Of a stretch of 64,000 nt of DNA, positions 1 to 14,604 are shown piece by piece. The notes below the pieces were generated by a model. That model saw nothing but the letters and a program-made list of their open reading frames with translations. It was not told the origin of the DNA and ran no database searches. This DNA comes from Clostridia bacterium. Its GTDB lineage: Bacteria > Bacillota > Clostridia > JAAYHZ01. The position numbers were made by a program, and so were the translations under genes. The DNA is taken from the NCBI GenBank assembly GCA_050950825.1, contig JBMNIH010000001.1:55073-119072 (forward strand). Reading direction: 5' to 3'. Position 1 is the stretch's first letter. The number at the start of each line of letters is the position of its first letter.

Positions 1-180
1 TTTCGGAAAGTACTTCATCCGTATACATATAAATTTATCGGAGATTATATGGGAATTGCAAAAGGGAATATCCGTCCGGATTATTCACCTCTTTCGTTTC
101 GCAACTCTTTTATTGGCGTACATGCAGGGATGACCGAAGAGGAAATGCAGGTACCGTTTATTACCATAGAATGCATTTAA
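1..180 (+). CDS. 3' end of alkaline phosphatase-superfamily / nucleotide pyrophosphatase-like protein (partial)
   Basis: Frame 1 reads ...FIGDYMGIAKG...FIGVHAGMTEEEMQVPFITIECI*; HAG(L/M)TxEEMxVP is a typical C-terminal motif of this family. Confidence 0.6.
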   Translation, partial: FRKVLHPYTYKFIGDYMGIAKGNIRPDYSPLSFRNSFIGVHAGMTEEEMQVPFITIECI

Positions 181-192
181 AAATTTTACAAG

Positions 193-222
193 AAAAAAAA
201 GCCTGTAAAAACAGGCTTTTTT
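193..222. terminator. Bidirectional intrinsic terminator between CDS and rRNA operon end
   Basis: A8-GCCTGT-AAAA-ACAGGC-T6 hairpin flanked by A and T runs. Confidence 0.8.
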
Positions 223-297
223 GGCTCCCCAAGTAGGACTCGAACCTACGACCCTGCGGTTAACAGCCGCATGCTCTACCGACTGAGCTATTGAGGA
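222..297 (-). tRNA. tRNA-Asn(GTT)
   Basis: Reverse complement TCCTCAATAGCTCAGTCGGTAGAGCATGCGGCTGTTAACCGCAGGGTCGTAGGTTCGAGTCCTACTTGGGGAGCCA; cloverleaf, GTT anticodon, CCA end. Confidence 0.97.
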
Positions 298-342
298 TCG
301 TCCGAACCATGACCGGATTCTACCGATTCATGGTTCATAATT

Positions 343-459
343 TTCCGGCAGCGACCTATCTTCCCGGGGCGCCACGCCCCGGTATTTTCAGCACCGAGAA
401 GCTTAACTGCCGTGTTCGGGATGGGAACGGGTGGGTCCTTCTCGTTATTGCCACCGAAA
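343..459 (-). rRNA. rrf: 5S rRNA (ends approximate)
   Basis: Conserved 5S segment CCCATCCCGAACACGGCAGTTAAGC on the minus strand, downstream of 23S. Confidence 0.93.
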
Positions 460-535
460 ATCTTTATTCTCTTCGCGCGCTTTTTATCGCACCCTCAAAA
501 CTGCATAATACGTCTTTTTTCTTCAGCGACGACCT

Positions 536-3457
<2,922 letters not shown>

Positions 3458-3715
3458 TTTCCTTTGGTCCATCATTTCATATAGGTTGATTGTCCCAAGC
3501 TCGTCGCTTTTCCTGATTATTTTTTTAGCATTGTTTCAGCATTGTTTTTTTGTCGTTTTCGATAAAATTGCAGACTCAGTGAGTCACTCGTTACCGTTTT
3601 TTATTTCGGCTTCTCGTTTTAACTCTCTTTGTCTTCCTTTTTGTCGCGGTTCCATTCTTCATGGAACCTTTTGACGCATTATGCAGTTTTCAAGGTGCGA
3701 TCGCTTGCGCGTTCT

Positions 3716-3792
<77 letters not shown>

Positions 3793-3874
3793 TCAAATCC
3801 TTGATCATGTACAGTGTATTGAACCGTCAATCGACCTTATACGATTACGGCGAAATTTCTTCCGTCGTCAATCT

Positions 3875-5417
<1,543 letters not shown>

Positions 5418-5613
5418 ATTCAATCTTCAAACCCTCTTCGGGTCTCTTGTTTGTCCTGTCTTTTTTTTAGACTTTTTGTCCCGTGCGATTTTCTCGCACT
5501 TTGGATTTACTTTTAAATGTTAAACTCTCGCTTTTTCAAGCTTAAGTTTGACGGGTTCAATACACTGTTCATTTTTCAAGGTTCTGCGCCGTCTATTTCC
5601 GGACGGCTCGTTT

Positions 5614-5643
5614 ATAGTAACATGATATCTCATATTATGTCAA
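5614..5643 (-). promoter_or_regulatory. sigma-A promoter of rRNA operon
   Basis: TTGACA-18 nt-TACTAT with extended TG, upstream of the 16S leader. Confidence 0.75.
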
Positions 5644-5804
5644 GAGTTTTTTGAATAATTTTATCGTTTTGCGTGTCGTCTTTTGCATACCGATATACGG
5701 TCTTATTCATTTCAATATTTATACAAAATCCCGTACCCGAGCATGTTCAACGATTTAATGTTTTGTATCAAAATATGGCAACGGTCAATATAATGTAGCA
5801 ACCG

Positions 5805-6599
5805 ATGAGTTTGGAGATCCATGCTTTGCGAAAGCTTATAGAAATAGATAAATTAAATAAGAAAATAAAAAACGGAAACAAAGAGGTAATATTAATTGAA
5901 GACCTTTCTTTAGAAATCGATTACGGAGAAGCCGTAGCTGCGGTTTGCTCTCCGAATCCGGGGCTTACGTATCTTTTGACTTGTCTGTCCGGTATGAAGC
6001 ATTCGTACGAAGGTATAATACGATACGATGCCGAAATTGAAAAAGATTTGTATTATAAAGTCCTATACACATGCAACAAAGACGTAATGTTCGAATGGCG
6101 AACGGTATTCGACAATACGCTTTTATTTTTAAAAATAAACTCAAAACAAAACGATGGCGACGAAGAGCTCCAAAAATATGTTTTGGATACGTTCGAAAAA
6201 TACAAATTGACAAAATACAAAGACAAGTATCCATCTTCTTTGTCCGGAAGCATTAAAAATAAAATTTCTATAGTAAAGCATATGATGCTAAAACCTACCC
6301 TTTTGATTATGAATGATAATTTTTCTAATATCGATTACAAAACCAAAACGGAATTGCTTCAAATTCTGCGAAACCGTTTCCTTTGCGACAAAAACGCCAT
6401 CCTGTATGCAACGCAAAACATTGATGATGTGTTTTTATTGGCCGATCGCATTTTACTGTTGAAGCCTTATCCTTTATCCTTGGTAGCATCCATCGACATT
6501 TCGGATATCGGTAACGAGAGAACTCCCGAGCTAATTAAAGAAAGCCCGGCATATACCGAGCTTTCGAATCTTCTTTCCAAAGAGCATTTATATGATTAA
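5805..6599 (+). CDS. ABC ATPase-like protein (TauB/SsuB-like) with degenerate Walker motifs
   Basis: Overall ABC layout (EWRTVFDN, YPSSLSGS, LADRILLL) but Walker A reads CSPNPGLT, Walker B LLIMND, H-loop YATQN. Confidence 0.65.
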   Translation: MSLEIHALRKLIEIDKLNKKIKNGNKEVILIEDLSLEIDYGEAVAAVCSPNPGLTYLLTCLSGMKHSYEGIIRYDAEIEKDLYYKVLYTCNKDVMFEWRTVFDNTLLFLKINSKQNDGDEELQKYVLDTFEKYKLTKYKDKYPSSLSGSIKNKISIVKHMMLKPTLLIMNDNFSNIDYKTKTELLQILRNRFLCDKNAILYATQNIDDVFLLADRILLLKPYPLSLVASIDISDIGNERTPELIKESPAYTELSNLLSKEHLYD

Positions 6600-8024
6600 T
6601 CAATCCATTTTTTCATAAAAAGCTTTGTATCCTAAATAAGCGGAATACAAGTCGGCCTTGCTTGCGACCTCTAAGGTGGAGTGCATTCCGATAACGGGAA
6701 TACCGCAGTCGATAACTTCACTGCCTAGGTTAGCAACAAATTGGGCAATGGTTCCGCCGCCACCCTTGTCCATTTTCCCTAGTTCGGCGGCTTGCCAAGG
6801 TACATTGTTATCGTTGAAAAGCTTTCTTACCTTATGCACAAATTCGGCATTCGCATCGCTTGCACCGCCTTTTGCGTTACCGCCGGTGTATTTCATAAGA
6901 ACAACGCCTTTTCCGATAAAGGCTGCATTGTTCGCTGCATGAAGCCCCTTAAAATTGGGATTTACTGCGGATGAAACGTCTGCGGAGAGTACCTTCGTAT
7001 TGACAAAGCATTTTCTCAATCCCAAATCCGTATACGGTCCCGTTTTTACCAGCAACTCCGCCAAAAAGTCCTGCAAGAACATTCCGCGAGCGCCGGTGTT
7101 GCCTACGCTGCCTATTTCCTCTTTATCGCTCATGTAGCATACGGCAGTCTTGTCCGGAGTTTCGGACATATCGAATAATCCCATTAGAGACGCATAAGCA
7201 CAAATTCTGTCATCGTGGCCGTATGCGCCGATTAAACCCCTGTCAAGTCCGATATCTACGGCTTTTTGGGTAGGCACGATTTCAAGTTCTGCCGAGACGA
7301 AATCTTCTTCCTTGATACCGTACTTTTCGTTCAATATATTTAAAACGTTTAATTTAATTTTTTCGGACACTTTATCGTCTTGAAAAGGAATCGAACCTAC
7401 AACCACATTCAAATCTTCTCCCGTTATACCTTCCGACATCTTTTTCGCCATCTGCTCTCTTGCCAAATGAGGCAGCAAGTCGGTTATGGTAAAGACCGGG
7501 TCGCCTTCGTCTTCGCCGATGGAAATCTTGATTTTTTCGTTGTTCTTGTTGTAGATAACGCCGTGTAAAGCCAAGGGAGTTGCAACCCAATGGTACGTTT
7601 TAATCCCGCCGTAATAGCGAGTACGAAATAACGCCATTTCGCTGTCTTCATATAAAGGATTCGGCCTTAAGTCCAAACGAGGTGCATCCACATGAGAACC
7701 GATTAAATTGACGCCTTCCGCTAAAGGCTTTTTACCAATTACGGCGGCAATTACGGTTTTATTGCGCGATACAAGGTAAACCTTATCTCCTTCTTTAAGC
7801 TCGGTGCATTCATTGATATCGGAAAATCCTCTGTCCAAGAGCATTTTTTCAACGAATTCCACGCATTCTCTTTCCGTTTTGCTTTGATCGGAGAATTTTT
7901 TATACCCTTCGGCAAAATCATGAATTTTTCGAGCATATTCTTCATCGGCTTTCAACCAAACATTTTTGGTTTTGCTAATCAATTCTTCTTCTTTTCTTTG
8001 TCCTACGGTTTTACTGTCTGCCAT
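6600..8024 (-). CDS. M18 family aminopeptidase
   Basis: GSHVDAPRLD, GHDDR, DKEEIGS, SADV, GMHS metal-ligand motifs; 474 aa. Confidence 0.92.
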   Translation of the reverse strand: MADSKTVGQRKEEELISKTKNVWLKADEEYARKIHDFAEGYKKFSDQSKTERECVEFVEKMLLDRGFSDINECTELKEGDKVYLVSRNKTVIAAVIGKKPLAEGVNLIGSHVDAPRLDLRPNPLYEDSEMALFRTRYYGGIKTYHWVATPLALHGVIYNKNNEKIKISIGEDEGDPVFTITDLLPHLAREQMAKKMSEGITGEDLNVVVGSIPFQDDKVSEKIKLNVLNILNEKYGIKEEDFVSAELEIVPTQKAVDIGLDRGLIGAYGHDDRICAYASLMGLFDMSETPDKTAVCYMSDKEEIGSVGNTGARGMFLQDFLAELLVKTGPYTDLGLRKCFVNTKVLSADVSSAVNPNFKGLHAANNAAFIGKGVVLMKYTGGNAKGGASDANAEFVHKVRKLFNDNNVPWQAAELGKMDKGGGGTIAQFVANLGSEVIDCGIPVIGMHSTLEVASKADLYSAYLGYKAFYEKMD

Positions 8025-8153
8025 ATTTCCAAACCTCTCCTAATTATTAAAATACTCTATTTCATACTTTATCACTATTTTTATTATAAATCAAAAAAAG
8101 GATCCTATTTTAAAGATCCTTTAAAAATTTGCTTCGTTCTTTTTCCGATCAAA

Positions 8154-8741
8154 CTATATTTTAACAAAATCCGGATCGGAAGAGCTTTCGGAATAGACGT
8201 CCTTTTTCATTATATATAACGTTTCTCTAAAATTAAAAACTTCTTCTTTCGAATACCATTTGACATCAAGGCAAATGTTTCCTTCTGTGTGTTCAATCAA
8301 AAGAAGCGCTCTTTTAGAAAACGTATAAGCTAACGCCGAGATAACGGCCAACAAAATGGTCAGCGGGGTGTACGATCTTAAAAAGCGGTATACGATCAAG
8401 GACACAATGACAAAGATTAAACACACGATCAACATGGTCAAAGGATATCGAGTTCCGTAGGTTGTGGATTTAATGTTTTCTACGGGGATTTTATTTCTTC
8501 GATTGTGTATACGAGGCAGCGTTCCGTGGATTCGTTCCATAAGAACACCTTCTTGGTAAAGATGTTTGTCCGTCAATACCAAAACGGTACGAGTCCTTTT
8601 TCCGGCTAACCCTCTTTTTAAATATCTCGATCCCAAGACATTAATCAAGGTTTCGCCTTTTTCCTTCACATAATCCTCCAGCAGTTTTCTTTTGCTTTCG
8701 GACAACATACTGACATTGTCGTAGCTAATTCTCTCATCCAT
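8154..8741 (-). CDS. Hypothetical membrane protein (2 TM)
   Basis: 195-aa ORF with two hydrophobic segments. Confidence 0.6.
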   Translation of the reverse strand: MDERISYDNVSMLSESKRKLLEDYVKEKGETLINVLGSRYLKRGLAGKRTRTVLVLTDKHLYQEGVLMERIHGTLPRIHNRRNKIPVENIKSTTYGTRYPLTMLIVCLIFVIVSLIVYRFLRSYTPLTILLAVISALAYTFSKRALLLIEHTEGNICLDVKWYSKEEVFNFRETLYIMKKDVYSESSSDPDFVKI

Positions 8742-8847
8742 TTTATCGCAACACCCTTTTTGATCGATTTATTATATTATATCATTCTTTCCTTTGACAT
8801 GTCAAAAAATGCTACACTTTTCCATTGAATTTGCAAAACCGACATAT

Positions 8848-9624
8848 TCACTCGGATATTTTACTTAAATCGTACTCGATATTAAAAGACGTTAAAAATT
8901 CGTTTTCGCTTAATGGAATCGAGGAAGCAATAAACCGGATATGATCGTTGTAACGCGATGTTACGGAAATCGCTCTCGTTTCGTCGTCGGAAGTTTTTTC
9001 GTGATTATCCTTATACACGGTTTCATAATGTCCGATAAATTTATCCGTATACTCATTATCCAAAATCCAATATCTTTCAAAGGTTAGGGTATTTTGTTCC
9101 GAGTCATATTCCAACCCTCGAACTCCGGAAAATACGTTCAACCATTCCGGAAAAGGCTTTATAATTCGATCCGGATATTCATTGTCTATATACGGGAAAA
9201 CAATGGAATTGTACACCGAATAAATTTTCACCGATAAAGAAACACGGTCGTCTTCATCGAAACGAATGGTGATATGAATTTGCTTATTTTTTACGGAGTA
9301 TGAGTTTTCCGATACTTTGGGAATGGACATTTCGAATAATTCTTCCGTGTTTTTAATAAAGCTCTCCATACCGCCGCTTTTGTCATAGGTAACATCATAA
9401 GTCAATACTTCTTCCTTCGGGTCATAGTATTTATGAAGATAGATGATTTTACCCGAAGTCAAATGTGTATCCAAGCCGTATATGTCCTCCAATAAGGCTT
9501 CCGTCGGGTGTTCCGTTAAATACGGGTCCAATGCCGAATAATCCTTCGGTTCTTCTTTTGCTTTACATGCGGATAAAAATATCAATATTAAAATCAAGCT
9601 ATATGCAAGAAAAGCTTTTCTCAT
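8848..9624 (-). CDS. Hypothetical lipoprotein
   Basis: Signal peptide with lipobox LSAC. Confidence 0.7.
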   Translation of the reverse strand: MRKAFLAYSLILILIFLSACKAKEEPKDYSALDPYLTEHPTEALLEDIYGLDTHLTSGKIIYLHKYYDPKEEVLTYDVTYDKSGGMESFIKNTEELFEMSIPKVSENSYSVKNKQIHITIRFDEDDRVSLSVKIYSVYNSIVFPYIDNEYPDRIIKPFPEWLNVFSGVRGLEYDSEQNTLTFERYWILDNEYTDKFIGHYETVYKDNHEKTSDDETRAISVTSRYNDHIRFIASSIPLSENEFLTSFNIEYDLSKISE

Positions 9625-9710
9625 ACTTAATACTTAACCTCAATCTATGTTCTTTCAATATATTGCACCGTCGAAAAATTTATATGAGTCGTGAATCGAT
9701 CAAAAACTTT

Positions 9711-10520
9711 TTACTTATCGATTCCGAATTTTCTCCGGATGTTTTTCATTACAACATCCTTCGGCAGCAGTCGGGATGCCAAATGCAAAAACCGAGAATT
9801 TCTTCCGACGGCATAAAACATCTTCGGTTTTTTCAATTCCATAATCTTTACAATCTTTTTTGCTATAATATCCGGCGAATCGCCGTTGTTTATGCCGGCA
9901 TCACGCATATCCGATACTTTTTTGTAGTAGGGATAATAATCGGATTCTTTGGAACAACTTTTTTCTTGGTATATGTTTGTTTTCACGAACACAGGAGCAA
10001 CCGCCGTCACAAAAACTCCGAACTGTCGGGTTTCGCTGTTAAGAGCAAAAGACAGGGTTTCCATAGCCGCCTTGGCCGATGCATAAACGGCCGAAAACGG
10101 AACCGGTGTACGGGATGCAAAAGAAGTGACATTAATAATCAGCCCCTTTTTTTGCTTTCGCATACCGGGTAACACTCCTTGCATCACAATGCTATGTCCG
10201 AAAAGATTAATCTGAAAAAGCTTTTTGATTGTATCTTGGGACAATTCCTCCAAAGGTCCCATTAAACTGGAGCCGGCATTGTTGATTAATACATCAACCG
10301 TCGGTATTTCCGAAAGCAGCCTTTTGATGCTCTCTTCATCGGACAAATCCAACCTTTTGTAAAGAACGCCTTGAACCTTATCTTCTTCCTTTAATCTTTC
10401 CGGTTCCCTGCAGGTACCGATAACACGATAGCCTTTTTTGACCAATTTTTCGGCAGTCGCTCTTCCGATTCCTTTGGATGCTCCCGTGATCAGCACGGTT
10501 TTTTCTTTTTTATCATTCAC
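9711..10520 (-). CDS. SDR family oxidoreductase (candidate 3-keto-capnine/3-ketosphinganine-type reductase)
   Basis: TGASKGIG, NNAG, YASAK motifs; 2 bp from the upstream VOC gene. The substrate is inferred from context only. Confidence 0.85.
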   Translation of the reverse strand: MNDKKEKTVLITGASKGIGRATAEKLVKKGYRVIGTCREPERLKEEDKVQGVLYKRLDLSDEESIKRLLSEIPTVDVLINNAGSSLMGPLEELSQDTIKKLFQINLFGHSIVMQGVLPGMRKQKKGLIINVTSFASRTPVPFSAVYASAKAAMETLSFALNSETRQFGVFVTAVAPVFVKTNIYQEKSCSKESDYYPYYKKVSDMRDAGINNGDSPDIIAKKIVKIMELKKPKMFYAVGRNSRFLHLASRLLPKDVVMKNIRRKFGIDK

Positions 10521-10522
10521 TT

Positions 10523-11587
10523 TTAGTCCCGCCCTATATCCAACAGTTTTAATACAAAGTCAGGCAGCGGTTTTTCTCGATCTCTCTTTCTTAAGTCGAT
10601 AAACCACCCTAATTTCTTGATAACAGGGATTTTATGGGTTTCCACAAACTCGATCAACGTCCCGTCGGGATCTTCTATGTAGGAAAAACGGCCGGCTCCT
10701 TGTCCCATATCGAAGGATTCTCCTTTTTGCCCGGCACCGCTGTCCACCGTAAAAGGAAAACCGGCTTTCTCGCATTTTTCTTTTAACGCATTCATATCCA
10801 ATACATCAAAACACAAATGGATAAAGCCCAAATCGCCCCATAACCGGTCTTTGAATATTTTCTCTCCTTTTCGTTCTTCGGACCTTATCAACTCGATTTC
10901 GCTTTTCCCAAAAAGCCGGGAGAAAGGACCGGGTCTTTTATTGCTATGAGTTAAAAGCACACGCCTTAGTATCCATGCTCCTCCGGGGATTTCTTTGTAG
11001 TCGTCGAAAGCTTCGGTACGGTCGTAAAGGATCCGGTCGTATCCGAGCACATCTCGATAAAAGGCAACGGATGCCTCCATGTCGGAAACACCGATTACCG
11101 CTCCGAATACGCCTCCGTTTTTGTATTTGGTTTTCTTAAAGACCTCTTCCGTTTCCACCGCTTGAAAAAGGTTTCCGTAAGGGTCGGAAAAATACAACAC
11201 GCTCCGACCGTCCGGGGATTTTTTCAAATCCCCTAAGACGGCGACATTTTCTTTCTTTAGCCGGTCATACAAGGCTTTCACATCTTTGGATTTGATTTTG
11301 GTCATATGGATGCCCAAATCTCCTAAATGAAGGTCGAAAGCAGGCGGAGAAGGTGTGCGATCAACATACTGCCAAATTTCCAAGCCTCCCCCTCCCTGCA
11401 GATTGTACGCCATAACCGCGTGCCTTTTTTGAGGCTTTCCGGCGGTGTAAGGCAGCATCAATTCCGCCGTTCCGGCATCGTCGATAACCGGCGTGTTAAA
11501 TCCTAAATGCTTGTGATACCAATCCAAGGCCTCGTAAACTTTCTTAACGCCCACTCCCACTTGTTGAATTCCGCTTATTAAATTCAT
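10523..11587 (-). CDS. Tandem VOC (glyoxalase-fold) protein
   Basis: Two VOC units with DPYGNLFQ and DPDGTLIEFVE motifs; start overlaps the upstream stop (ATGA). Confidence 0.85.
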   Translation of the reverse strand: MNLISGIQQVGVGVKKVYEALDWYHKHLGFNTPVIDDAGTAELMLPYTAGKPQKRHAVMAYNLQGGGGLEIWQYVDRTPSPPAFDLHLGDLGIHMTKIKSKDVKALYDRLKKENVAVLGDLKKSPDGRSVLYFSDPYGNLFQAVETEEVFKKTKYKNGGVFGAVIGVSDMEASVAFYRDVLGYDRILYDRTEAFDDYKEIPGGAWILRRVLLTHSNKRPGPFSRLFGKSEIELIRSEERKGEKIFKDRLWGDLGFIHLCFDVLDMNALKEKCEKAGFPFTVDSGAGQKGESFDMGQGAGRFSYIEDPDGTLIEFVETHKIPVIKKLGWFIDLRKRDREKPLPDFVLKLLDIGRD

Positions 11588-12852
11588 TCTTCTTCACCGT
11601 AAAGTCTTCGAATATCTTTCGGATCAAGGTTCAGATCCATCTTCATTTCGTCACGTAAGCATTTGAAGGCTTCCAACGTTTTCTCTACGTCTTCGTCCGT
11701 ATGGTCCGCCGTGGGAATGATGCGAAATTCGACAAAATTCTTCGGAATAACGGGATACATTACGGCCGTTGTAAAGATTCCTTTGTTTCTTAAGAACAAA
11801 ATCCATTCCATACCGATTTTCGGGTCCCCTCCCGGAACAAATACCGGAATAATCGGCGATTTTACATCACCCACGTAAAAGCCCAAGGCCTTCAATCCTT
11901 CGGATAACTTGTCGGAAATATGGAACAGCTTCTTTCTTCTGTCCGCTCCGTTTCTCACCAGCTCCAACGTCTTCTGTAGACTCTTGACGTAGATCATTGG
12001 CAAGCTTTTAGCGAACACCTGCGTTCTGGAGTTGTACCGAATCCACTCCGTTACGGGCTTATCGGCGGCGGAAAAGCCTCCGATGGATGCAAAAGCCTTG
12101 GCAAAGGTTCCGAAGTAGATATCGATTTTATCTTGAACGCCGAAATATTCGCCGGTACCGACGCCGTTTTTACCCATGACACCTACACCGTGGGCATCGT
12201 CCACGAATAATCGAGCTTCGTATTTATCCTTTAAAGCGCAAATCTCATCCAATTTGGCCAAGTCCCCGGTCATTCCGTAAACACCTTCGGTTAAAACCAG
12301 AACGCCGCCTTTTCGTTTTTCATTCACCTGCTTTAATATTTTTTCAAGGCTGTCCATATCGTTGTGCTTGAATACGCGAAGCTTTCTTCGGTCGGAAACC
12401 GCGGAAATAGCTGCGTCCACGATGGAAGCATGGGCCAGCTTGTCCATAACAATGACATCATCGGGACCTACTAAAGATGCAACGGTACCGATAACACCCA
12501 AATAGCCGTAGTTAAACAGGATGGACGACTCTTTTTGTGCAAAGTCGGCCAACCCTTCTTCCAAAGCAATGTGCTCCGGTGTGTTGCCGCTCATCATTCT
12601 TGAGCCCATAGGGCCGCTTGTGCTCCAGATTTCCAATGCTTCTTTTGCCGCTTGCTTCACTTCTTCGTGTCCGGCCAGACCTAAATAATTGTTGATTGAC
12701 CACATAATATACTGTTTACCTGCAATGGTCATTTTCGAACCGGGCACCGAATCGATAACAGGCATCGTAAAGGTTCTGTCCCCTGCAGCCCTAAAAGCAC
12801 CAAAATAACCTGCGTCGGTATTACATTTTGCAAATATGTCCTCGTATGTCAT
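11584..12852 (-). CDS. PLP-dependent alpha-oxoamine synthase, cysteate C-acyltransferase (SulA/CapB)-like
   Basis: WSINNYLGLA, PMGSRMMSG, HASIVD, DDAHG, GTFAK (PLP Lys252), RTQVFAKSLP (Lys282), YPVIPK. Confidence 0.8.
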   Translation of the reverse strand: MTYEDIFAKCNTDAGYFGAFRAAGDRTFTMPVIDSVPGSKMTIAGKQYIMWSINNYLGLAGHEEVKQAAKEALEIWSTSGPMGSRMMSGNTPEHIALEEGLADFAQKESSILFNYGYLGVIGTVASLVGPDDVIVMDKLAHASIVDAAISAVSDRRKLRVFKHNDMDSLEKILKQVNEKRKGGVLVLTEGVYGMTGDLAKLDEICALKDKYEARLFVDDAHGVGVMGKNGVGTGEYFGVQDKIDIYFGTFAKAFASIGGFSAADKPVTEWIRYNSRTQVFAKSLPMIYVKSLQKTLELVRNGADRRKKLFHISDKLSEGLKALGFYVGDVKSPIIPVFVPGGDPKIGMEWILFLRNKGIFTTAVMYPVIPKNFVEFRIIPTADHTDEDVEKTLEAFKCLRDEMKMDLNLDPKDIRRLYGEEE

Positions 12853-12930
12853 TTACAGTTCTCCTTATAACTTAAATTTATATTATGAAATACTAGCACA
12901 TCATCCCGGGCAGTTCAACCCAAGTGACGC

Positions 12931-13707
12931 TTAGTCCTTAAACACATCGCCGATACCGTTTAAAATGTATTTCGGTCGATATGCAAATCTCTTGATATTC
13001 TCCGGCGTGGAAACGCCGCTTAAAACCAATACCGTATCAATTTCCGATTCGATTCCGGCAATAATATCGGTATCCATACGGTCTCCGATAATGACCGTCT
13101 CCGAACTGTCGCAGCCTAAGAGCTTTAATCCGTGCCTCATCATTAAGGGATTCGGCTTTCCCACAAAATAGGGTTTTACACCGGTTGCCAATTCAATGGG
13201 AGCAATCAGCGCTCGGGTTGCAGGGACAATTCCTTTTTCCGTAGGACCGGTAAGGTCCGAATTGGTCCCTATAAGCTTGGCTCCTTTTAGAACCAAATGA
13301 ACCGCATGCTCGATTACGTGGTAATTGTAGTTTCGCGTCTCTCCTACCACCACATAATCCGGGTTTACATCGTTCATCGAAAGTCCCGCATCGTACAATG
13401 CATTAATCAGCCCCGCCTCCCCGATAACAAACACCGATCCCCCGGGCTTTTGGGATTGCAAAAAAGCGGCCGTTGCCAAGGCGCTGGTATAAAAATATTG
13501 ATCCTCTACTTCGATTCCCATTCGCGCAAGCTTTTGCGACAGCTCCCTTCGGGAGCGTTCCGAGCTGTTGGTTAAAAACAAAAACCTTTTATTATACTTT
13601 CTTAATGCGTCAACAAACTCTTTCGCCCCCTCCAGCAATCGATTCCCGTGGTAAAGGACGCCGTCCATATCGATGATAAAACCGGTTTTTTCTCTTAATT
13701 CCTTCAT
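12931..13707 (-). CDS. HAD-IIA hydrolase (NagD family)
   Basis: DMDGVLY, LTNSS, GKPN, GDRMDTDI. Confidence 0.92.
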   Translation of the reverse strand: MKELREKTGFIIDMDGVLYHGNRLLEGAKEFVDALRKYNKRFLFLTNSSERSRRELSQKLARMGIEVEDQYFYTSALATAAFLQSQKPGGSVFVIGEAGLINALYDAGLSMNDVNPDYVVVGETRNYNYHVIEHAVHLVLKGAKLIGTNSDLTGPTEKGIVPATRALIAPIELATGVKPYFVGKPNPLMMRHGLKLLGCDSSETVIIGDRMDTDIIAGIESEIDTVLVLSGVSTPENIKRFAYRPKYILNGIGDVFKD

Positions 13708-13759
13708 ATTTATAACCTTTCCCGATCAAGATATAACATCACATTCCCGTTCATACGGT

Positions 13760-14593
13760 TCAGATTCGTTCAACGAACTCATGCATTTTCCCCAAGGCAA
13801 ACAGCTGTTGGGGAGTTTTCGTATTGTAGCCAAAGCCGTGAGCGGCACCTTCTACAAGAACCAATTCCGCGGAAACTCCGTGTTTTTTAAAGGCATCCAT
13901 CATATTATCTACGGCTTTTTTGGTTACCAGTTTATCTTCCGCAGCATGAATGACCAAGCAAGGAGCTTCTTTCCCTGTAATTCGGTAAACGGGTGATGCA
14001 ATTTTATAAAGCTCCTCGTTTCCTTCAATAGGTTTTCCCATAAAGTTTTGGTTACAGCTTATTTCATAGCCGTATATCGTCAAATCGTTGTAATGCAAAT
14101 CCAAAACCGGGCAATAAAGAACCGCACCGTACGGGGTTGTGTCCAAGAAGGTCATCTCTGCGGTATAGCCGAGCATATCTTCTTTCGGTATGGTCAAAAG
14201 CATCCCGCACAAATAGGCTCCGGCGGAGGAACCGGCGACGATAATCTTATCCTTGTCGTATCCGTATTTTGACGCATTTTCCTTGAGATAAGACATGCAA
14301 AGGCGAACATCTTCGATTTGAGCGGGAAAATGCCTTTTGTATCCTTCTTGAAAGCTTCCGGATCCTGCCGTATCTCCGGGAGCCAGCCGGTATTCCATGC
14401 TGCAGCTAACAAATCCCCTCTCGCAAAACCATCTTGCCAAAGGATGCCAAGCATCTTTTTTACCTGCGTGAAATCCTCCCCCGTGTATGAAAAAGATGCA
14501 TTTGTCGCTTTTGACTTCATCCGGAATGAACAAGTCCACTACACGTTCGTCCGTGTAATATTTGCTATAGGGTATGTTTAGCAATTCCCTCAT
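13760..14593 (-). CDS. Alpha/beta hydrolase (HSL-like esterase)
   Basis: HGGGF, GSSAG nucleophile elbow, Asp (EDKLV) and His (AHGF). Confidence 0.88.
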   Translation of the reverse strand: MRELLNIPYSKYYTDERVVDLFIPDEVKSDKCIFFIHGGGFHAGKKDAWHPLARWFCERGFVSCSMEYRLAPGDTAGSGSFQEGYKRHFPAQIEDVRLCMSYLKENASKYGYDKDKIIVAGSSAGAYLCGMLLTIPKEDMLGYTAEMTFLDTTPYGAVLYCPVLDLHYNDLTIYGYEISCNQNFMGKPIEGNEELYKIASPVYRITGKEAPCLVIHAAEDKLVTKKAVDNMMDAFKKHGVSAELVLVEGAAHGFGYNTKTPQQLFALGKMHEFVERI

Positions 14594-14604
14594 GTCGTCC
14601 TCCG

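Noticed and set aside
11584-12852. Annotation as bioF or kbl
   Set aside because: No bio or tdh neighbours, and the FAKSLP and PMGSRMMSG motifs fit the SulA/CapB-like clade better; not formally excluded without a tree.
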